The position numbers and the translations under genes are program-made. Positions 59,414 to 64,000 of a stretch of DNA of 64,000 nucleotides are shown here, piece by piece. The DNA is from an uncultured delta proteobacterium. Lineage in GTDB: Bacteria; Myxococcota_A; Polyangia; Polyangiales; Polyangiaceae. The stretch is from contig CAWAHB010000010.1 of NCBI GenBank assembly GCA_963781505.1, positions 237,547 through 301,546 of the forward strand, read 5' to 3'. The notes below the pieces were generated by a model, which saw only the letters and a list, made by a program, of their open reading frames with translations, did not search any database and was not told where the DNA came from. Numbering within the stretch: the first letter of the stretch is position 1; each line of letters begins with the position of its first letter.

Positions 59414-60526
59414 TCAGCCAGCGCGGGCGAGAAACCGCCGAAACGGCTCCGCCAAGAGCTCGGCTCGCCAACCTTCCAGCGCACCGAGAGCAGCGCTTCG
59501 GTCTCCCGCCGCGCCGATCAGGGATCGCATCCGCTTCAGCACCCGCCCGGGAAACGCGAGCTCCGGCGCCAGCTCCAGCTCGATGCAGATCTCGGCGCGG
59601 GCCGTCGTGAGCCATGCGTCCCAACGGATCTCCTCGAACGTGGCGTAGGGCGGCGGATCGATCGGCACGAAGCTGTTTGCGTCGGCGGTCGCGGTCGCCC
59701 GCATCAGCTCGCCGGTGAACCAATCGCCCTTTTCGTTCACCCAGCGGCGGGGCACTCCCTTGATCCGCCCGAGGTCGTCCCGGGTCTCGGGAAGTCGACT
59801 GGCAATCGCCAGCAGAGTCTTGGCTTCGGGTGCGCTCCCTCGCTGGCTCGGGGACAGTCCATTGTACCAATCGACGAGAAATCTGAGCGCAGCCTGACTG
59901 TCACGGTCGAGCTGCCAGGCGTTCCGAAAACTATCGAGGCTCAATGCATCCGGTTCGGAACGTGTGGGGGACGTGAGCTCGCAAGATGCCTCGAAAACGA
60001 TCTCGCTCCGATCCCGTTCTTCGAGACGCCGGCGGAGCGCTTCGTGGAGCGCGGGAAGGTCCTCGATGTCCGCTGCCGCATACGCGAGCTGCGCTGCTGG
60101 AAGCGGGCGGCGCTTCCAATCGTCGGCTTGGTGGGGTTTGCCGGTCCTTTGCCCCAGGATCCTGAACTTGAGATACGCGAGGGACACGCTGTACTCCGCG
60201 GTGGTCAAAGCCCAGGCAACTTGCGTGTCGAACACCCGCGGTGGCGCCTCGAGCCCGAGCCGATCGACCAGCAGAGGCACGTCTTGAGAACCCGCGTGCA
60301 CCACCCAGGGCCGACCGGCGTCCGCGAGCACCGGGCGAAGAGCGCCCAGCGAGGTGAACCGCAGGGCGTCGATGAGGAACAGGGACTTTCCGTCGGAGAT
60401 CTGGATGAGACAAAGCTCCGTGCCCTCGCGCCGCGCCTCGAACTCCGTATCGATGTAGAGCGCGGCCGTCGACGCGAGGGAACTTGCCGCTTCTTCCAGA
60501 CCGCGCTGTGTATCGACGAGCCGCAT
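59414..60526 (-). CDS. rnd: Ribonuclease D (3'-5' exonuclease + HRDC)
   Basis: Intact 370 aa: ALYIDTEFEA (DxE), VVHAGSQDVPLL, QADDWKRRPL and LAYAAADIEDL. Confidence 0.8.
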   Translation of the reverse strand: MRLVDTQRGLEEAASSLASTAALYIDTEFEARREGTELCLIQISDGKSLFLIDALRFTSLGALRPVLADAGRPWVVHAGSQDVPLLVDRLGLEAPPRVFDTQVAWALTTAEYSVSLAYLKFRILGQRTGKPHQADDWKRRPLPAAQLAYAAADIEDLPALHEALRRRLEERDRSEIVFEASCELTSPTRSEPDALSLDSFRNAWQLDRDSQAALRFLVDWYNGLSPSQRGSAPEAKTLLAIASRLPETRDDLGRIKGVPRRWVNEKGDWFTGELMRATATADANSFVPIDPPPYATFEEIRWDAWLTTARAEICIELELAPELAFPGRVLKRMRSLIGAAGDRSAALGALEGWRAELLAEPFRRFLARAG

Positions 60527-60575
60527 CGAAATCGATGCATCGTACGAGATGCACGTCGCCCGAGAAAGCGGGATC

Positions 60576-61877
60576 TCAGGGCTTCAAGATCATCACTCGA
60601 CCGTTGTCGATGTCCGTCGTTACGATGTGTTTGGCGCCCACCGCAATGGACGTTGGTCGACCCGTGCCAGCCCAAACCACTTCTGCGGGCGCCATGTTTC
60701 CGTTCTCGGGGGCCCGGAGAACCCAGCCGCAAGAGCAGCAGTCGAGTCCGCTGGAGAACGTGGTTCCCATGCTGGAGACGTAGACCTGCCCGCCGCCGCG
60801 GGCGATGCCTTGATGGATCTGGAAGACTTCGTTCTGATCCAGGCCCATGGTCACGACCGTCGGAGCACCACCGGTCTTTGGCAAGCTGAAGACCATCTGC
60901 CCGGTCGTGACCAGGACGTTGTTCCCGCTCGTCACCAGGTACTGACCCAAGTCGGACAGCTTGGTCGGCGTTCCTCCCCCGAGTGCGAGGCTCACGAGCC
61001 CCGAGCTCGACGAGCCGGCCACGACAGTTGCGAACAGGTTCGACCCATCCGGCTCGATCGACAGTGGTTCGAAAGGCTTCGAAACGTCGACCTGGTCGTT
61101 CTCGAAGCTGGCGAGCTGCTTGGCGGTGCCGCCGGCAAGAGGCACCGAGTAGATGTAGTACTTCACACCAGCGGGTGGAGTCGTCGGCTCCGCGCCTTCC
61201 ACCCAAAACACTTCGCTCTGACTGAGCGCGAGCACGGCGTGCAAGCCGATCTCCCCGCCCGAGACGACGCCCGACACGCTAGCGATCTTCACGGGCGCTC
61301 CGCCGGTAGCGGGCATCCGCCAAACGCTCCGACCGGATTCCGCTCGCCAGTAGACGTAGGTGCCGTCGGTGGCCAGTGAATCCGGACCGTCGAAGGCGCC
61401 GGTCGCCGCGGGATACAGCGTGGAGTCTGCCAAGACGCCGTTGGTCTTCTGGGCGAGATCCGCGTGGTGAATGGCTCCGTTGACGAGAGCCGCCTCGGAC
61501 CAAACGATGACATCGTCACTCACGAAAGCGACATCGCGGGCGTCGGGCGCCACGATTTCGTCCTCGAGATTCTTCGTGAGCACCGGACACGATCCCGTCG
61601 TCCCGCCCGTGCCACCGGCAGCAGTGCCACCCGTACCCGTGCCGCCCGTACCGGTGCCGCCGGTTCCCGTGCCACCCGTCGACGCACCGCCGGTGGATGT
61701 GCCCCCAGCGCCGCTCCCACCGGATCCGGTTCCCCCGGAACCACCGGTTGCGCCACCCGTTCCGCCCGTATCTCGGTTGGCGCCTTCTGCACCGTGGCCG
61801 AGGGGAACGTCATCCCCGCAGCCCGTGGAACAGAGCGCAAACACCAAGACGGAACACACACAACCGAGATTTCGCAT
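60576..61877 (-). CDS. Beta-propeller repeat lipoprotein (YWTD/LDL-receptor class B-like blades) with Gly/Thr linker
   Basis: Start taken at MRNLGCVCSVLVFALCSTGC (residue 322 of ORF 60576..62840). Recurring blades: GTYVYWRAESGRSVWRMPATGGAPVKIA, SEVFWVEG...IYSVPLAGGTAKQLA, LVSLALGGGTPTKLS and MVFSLPKTGGAPTVVT. Confidence 0.55.
   Translation of the reverse strand: MRNLGCVCSVLVFALCSTGCGDDVPLGHGAEGANRDTGGTGGATGGSGGTGSGGSGAGGTSTGGASTGGTGTGGTGTGGTGTGGTAAGGTGGTTGSCPVLTKNLEDEIVAPDARDVAFVSDDVIVWSEAALVNGAIHHADLAQKTNGVLADSTLYPAATGAFDGPDSLATDGTYVYWRAESGRSVWRMPATGGAPVKIASVSGVVSGGEIGLHAVLALSQSEVFWVEGAEPTTPPAGVKYYIYSVPLAGGTAKQLASFENDQVDVSKPFEPLSIEPDGSNLFATVVAGSSSSGLVSLALGGGTPTKLSDLGQYLVTSGNNVLVTTGQMVFSLPKTGGAPTVVTMGLDQNEVFQIHQGIARGGGQVYVSSMGTTFSSGLDCCSCGWVLRAPENGNMAPAEVVWAGTGRPTSIAVGAKHIVTTDIDNGRVMILKP
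61590..61769 (-). repeat. Low-complexity Gly/Thr/Ser coding repeat (about 60 aa of GGT/GGS/GTG units)
   Basis: TGGTGGATGGSGGTGSGGSGAGGTSTGGASTGGTGTGGTGTGGTGTGGTAAGGTGGTTGS within the propeller lipoprotein. It produces Pro-rich mirror ORFs on the plus strand. Confidence 0.7.
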
Positions 61878-62012
61878 CCTCGAACCTCCTCGGGTTCGTT
61901 GATGGAGCGACGTGGAAGGTTTGATCACGAATTTTTCTCTTTTCAAAGAAGTGAATCCGTGGCGCCGTGCTCGCAACGGTGGGACGACCGTGCGCGATCC
62001 GAGAAACCCTCC

Positions 62013-63012
62013 ATGAGCCGACGCGGCATCGCAATCGCCTTCGTGCTTCTTACTGCGCGGACCGGGCTCGCCGAAACCGAAACCATTCGAGTTTCCTACG
62101 ACGCACCCGAGCTCTGTCCAGCCGAGAGCGAGTTCGAGTCCGAAATGCGGGCAAGGACGGCGAAAGTAGCGTTCGGCGAGGATGGCCGAGCGTTCGATGT
62201 GAGCGTCGAAACCGGTGAATCGGGATTCGTCGGTCGACTCGCGATCACGGAGCCCGATGGCACACGAAACGATCAATCCCTGGATGGCGCTGACTGCACC
62301 GAAGTGGTCTCGGGGCTCGCGCTGATTGCGGCGCTCGCGGTCGATCCGGAGGCGTCGACCGTTCCGCGAACCGAGCTGTTCGTACCGGCGGAAAAGCCTC
62401 CACCCACCGAGCCGCCGCCACCGCCTCGAGCCCCACCAAAACCAGCTCGCGCCATGCCACCGAGCCTGCCTGCCGCCCCCGTGCCGGCGCACCCGCTTCA
62501 CATCGAAACCGGCATCGGTCTGGTCGCGGTCTCCGGGCCGGCCCCCGAGCTCTTGATTGCCGGGCGAGTCGAGATCGAGCTTTCGACTCGGCTCGATCCC
62601 TTCGAATCCAGCGATCAGCCTCGGCGTGCTTGGAGCGCAAACCGGCATCATCGGTCGCGAGAGCGATCGCACTCGGTTTCGGTGGCTCTCGGCACGGCCC
62701 GCGGTGTGTCCCCTCGGCCGCGACGGAACCTTTCGCTGGCGCGGATGCCTGCTCGGGGACGTCGGCGTGCTCCACGGCGAAGGACGCGACAGCGAATACA
62801 TTTCGGACCGAGCCACGCGTTTCTTCGCCGCAGCAGGCATCGGAGCCCGCTCTGGGCTGTCAACCCATCGCTTTTACTTCGATATCGAGTTGGCAGGGCT
62901 TTTCAATCTGACCCGAGACCACTTCGTTTTCGAGGATCCGAGAGCTCCGATCCACGACGTTCCCGTTCTGAGCTTTTCCGGCGGATTCCTTGCCGGGGTG
63001 AAGCTCCAGTGA
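62013..63012 (+). CDS. Secreted hypothetical protein (beta-rich C-terminus), first gene of the ECF sigma unit; one frame break at ~62610
   Basis: The signal peptide MSRRGIAIAFVLLTARTGLAE and a Pro-rich linker are in ORF 61464..63047. The C-terminus AISLGVLGAQTG...FYFDIELAGLFNLTRDHFVFED...GFLAGVKLQ is in ORF 62557..63012. Confidence 0.45.
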
Positions 63013-63043
63013 TCAATTCTCGGTCGTCGTTCCATCAACGACA

Positions 63044-63619
63044 TTGACCGGACAGGCTTTGGCTTTGCTGAGCCCATCGACATCGACCGAGCGCGAGTCT
63101 CCTCGCGGTGCGGCCGAAGAGCGCCTGCGGGAGATGGTCTCGAGCTACCTGCCGAACGTGTGGCGATTCGTGCGGAGGCTCGGCGTGGCCGAGCACGAGG
63201 TAGATGACGTGGTCCAGGACGTGATCTTGGTGGTCGCGAGAAAGCTCGACAAGGTCCAGGTTGGAAGCGAGCGATCCTTCATGATGTCGACCGCATTCCG
63301 CGTGGCATCGGATCTGCGCAAGGCTCGCACACGCCGCGGCGAGGTCGACGTGGACGACGCTACCGATCTGGCCGATCCGAAGCCCGGACCCGATGCTCTC
63401 ACCGATCAACATCGCGCGCGCGAGCTCCTCGATCGCGTGCTCGACGAGCTACCAATCGATCTCCGCGCGGTCTTCGTGCTGTACGAGCTCGACGGCTTCA
63501 CCACCGCCGAGATCGCCGAGTCACTGGAGATCGCTCCCGGCACCGCGGCGTCGCGCCTTCGAAGAGCTCGCGAGACGTTCGAGGCGCGCATCGCGCGCAT
63601 CCCCCGAGGTGCCGCGTGA
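63044..63619 (+). CDS. ECF-type RNA polymerase sigma-70 factor
   Basis: Region 2 is VWRFVRRLGVAEHEVDDVVQDVILVV. Region 4 is LPIDLRAVFVLYELDGFTTAEIAESLEIAPGTAASRLRRARETF. Intact 191 aa. Confidence 0.85.
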   Translation: MTGQALALLSPSTSTERESPRGAAEERLREMVSSYLPNVWRFVRRLGVAEHEVDDVVQDVILVVARKLDKVQVGSERSFMMSTAFRVASDLRKARTRRGEVDVDDATDLADPKPGPDALTDQHRARELLDRVLDELPIDLRAVFVLYELDGFTTAEIAESLEIAPGTAASRLRRARETFEARIARIPRGAA

Positions 63620-64000
63620 CCGAGCCTAAACGCTACCTCGACAGCGGCGAGAGCAGCGTCGCGACCACATTGCTTCGCTCCGCCGAGCGCGACGGCCCGG
63701 ACGACGGGAGCATGCGCCGGGCGCTGGCGACCGTCGCGGCGGCGACGGCGATCACCGCGGCGACCGGCAGCGCGGCGGCAACGACGAGCGCCGCCCTCTG
63801 GCTCAAGTGGCTGGGCATTGGTCTCCTGTCCGGGGGAGTGGTGGCGTTTGGCGCGACGGAGCTTCGTCATCGAGAGAGCCCCCGCCTCGTCGATACGACC
63901 CACATCGAACAGGCAGCTCCAGAAGTGGCCCCGGCAGCCTCACCGCCACGACCGCCAAAGCCAGCCGACGAGCCGCCGCCCGAGCCCGAGCCCGCGAAGC
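63616..64000 (+). CDS. Putative anti-sigma factor (single TM, Pro-rich periplasmic part), 3' end beyond window
   Basis: My translation from the GTG at 63616 (a GTGA overlap with the sigma stop) gives VTEPKRYLDSGESSVATTLLRSAERDGPDDGSMRRALATVAAA...LWLKWLGIGLLSGGVVAFGA...PPRPPKPADEPPPEPEP. It is not in the ORF track because it has no stop in the window. Confidence 0.55.
   Translation, partial: MTEPKRYLDSGESSVATTLLRSAERDGPDDGSMRRALATVAAATAITAATGSAAATTSAALWLKWLGIGLLSGGVVAFGATELRHRESPRLVDTTHIEQAAPEVAPAASPPRPPKPADEPPPEPEPAK

Noticed and set aside
61878-62840. An upstream 321-codon extension of the propeller lipoprotein ORF (754 aa in total)
   Set aside because: The extension is Arg/Gly-rich and overlaps the plus-strand secreted-protein gene. 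A canonical lipoprotein signal (MRNLGCVCSVLVFALCSTGC) begins at 61877.
1-64000. Mobile elements, prophage, CRISPR-Cas, toxin-antitoxin or known defence genes; tRNA and rRNA genes
   Set aside because: I recognised no transposase, integrase, Cas, capsid or terminase signatures in any frame, no T-loop-like GGTTCGAATCC contexts forming a cloverleaf, and no low-GC island. This was assessed by eye only, so small elements could be missed.

Overview
High-GC, very gene-dense chromosomal segment that looks myxobacterial: MYXO-CTERM-like tails on two secreted cell-wall hydrolases, three Hanks-type Ser/Thr kinases, an FHA/sigma-54 activator and many lipobox lipoproteins. I resolve about 50 protein-coding loci. 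By eye I recognised no rRNA, tRNA, CRISPR array, transposase or integrase. Intergenic space is small (largest gap ~250 nt).

Content, left to right:
- nadE, a truncated MaoC remnant and an alpha/beta hydrolase.
- A VanY-TSP3 lipoprotein, an acyl-CoA ligase, a GH31 hydrolase and a delta-9 desaturase.
- A YHS metal-binding lipoprotein plus an outer-membrane barrel, and a Gly-repeat lipoprotein.
- metH preceded by a fused ArsR-methyltransferase.
- A FadL-like OMP, a HEAT lipoprotein and a DUF488 protein.
- An operon of SprT/DUF2786, kinase, N-terminally truncated MurE-like ligase and Pro-rich lipoprotein.
- An S1-domain protein, a quinone oxidoreductase and htpX.
- A five-gene lipid operon: an ElbD-like reductase-ligase-ACP-acyltransferase megasynthase, then SCP2, epimerase, flavin amine oxidase and a C69 Ntn-hydrolase.
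- A kinase-cyclase-like-AAA-TPR protein.
- An FHA/sigma-54 activator divergent from a subtilase that has a good -24/-12 promoter.
- A kinase-TPR/PEGA-LamG operon.
- yaeQ, an amidohydrolase, a GH25 lysozyme, a CaCA antiporter, OsmC and further secreted hydrolases and lipoproteins.
- rnd, a beta-propeller lipoprotein and an ECF sigma/anti-sigma pair.

The dominant technical feature is roughly 50 +/-1 reading-frame breaks. They are strongly clustered in a few loci, while neighbouring stretches of 7-13 kb are clean. The four junctions I inspected closely lie in short mononucleotide runs, so I favour patchy uncorrected indel error over real decay, but I cannot prove it.

Convention used: loci with 1-2 breaks are typed CDS and flagged frameshifted. 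Loci with 3 or more breaks are typed pseudogene, meaning as sequenced.

The best candidates for new biology are the ElbD-like lipid operon and the kinase-coupled truncated MurE paralogue operon.
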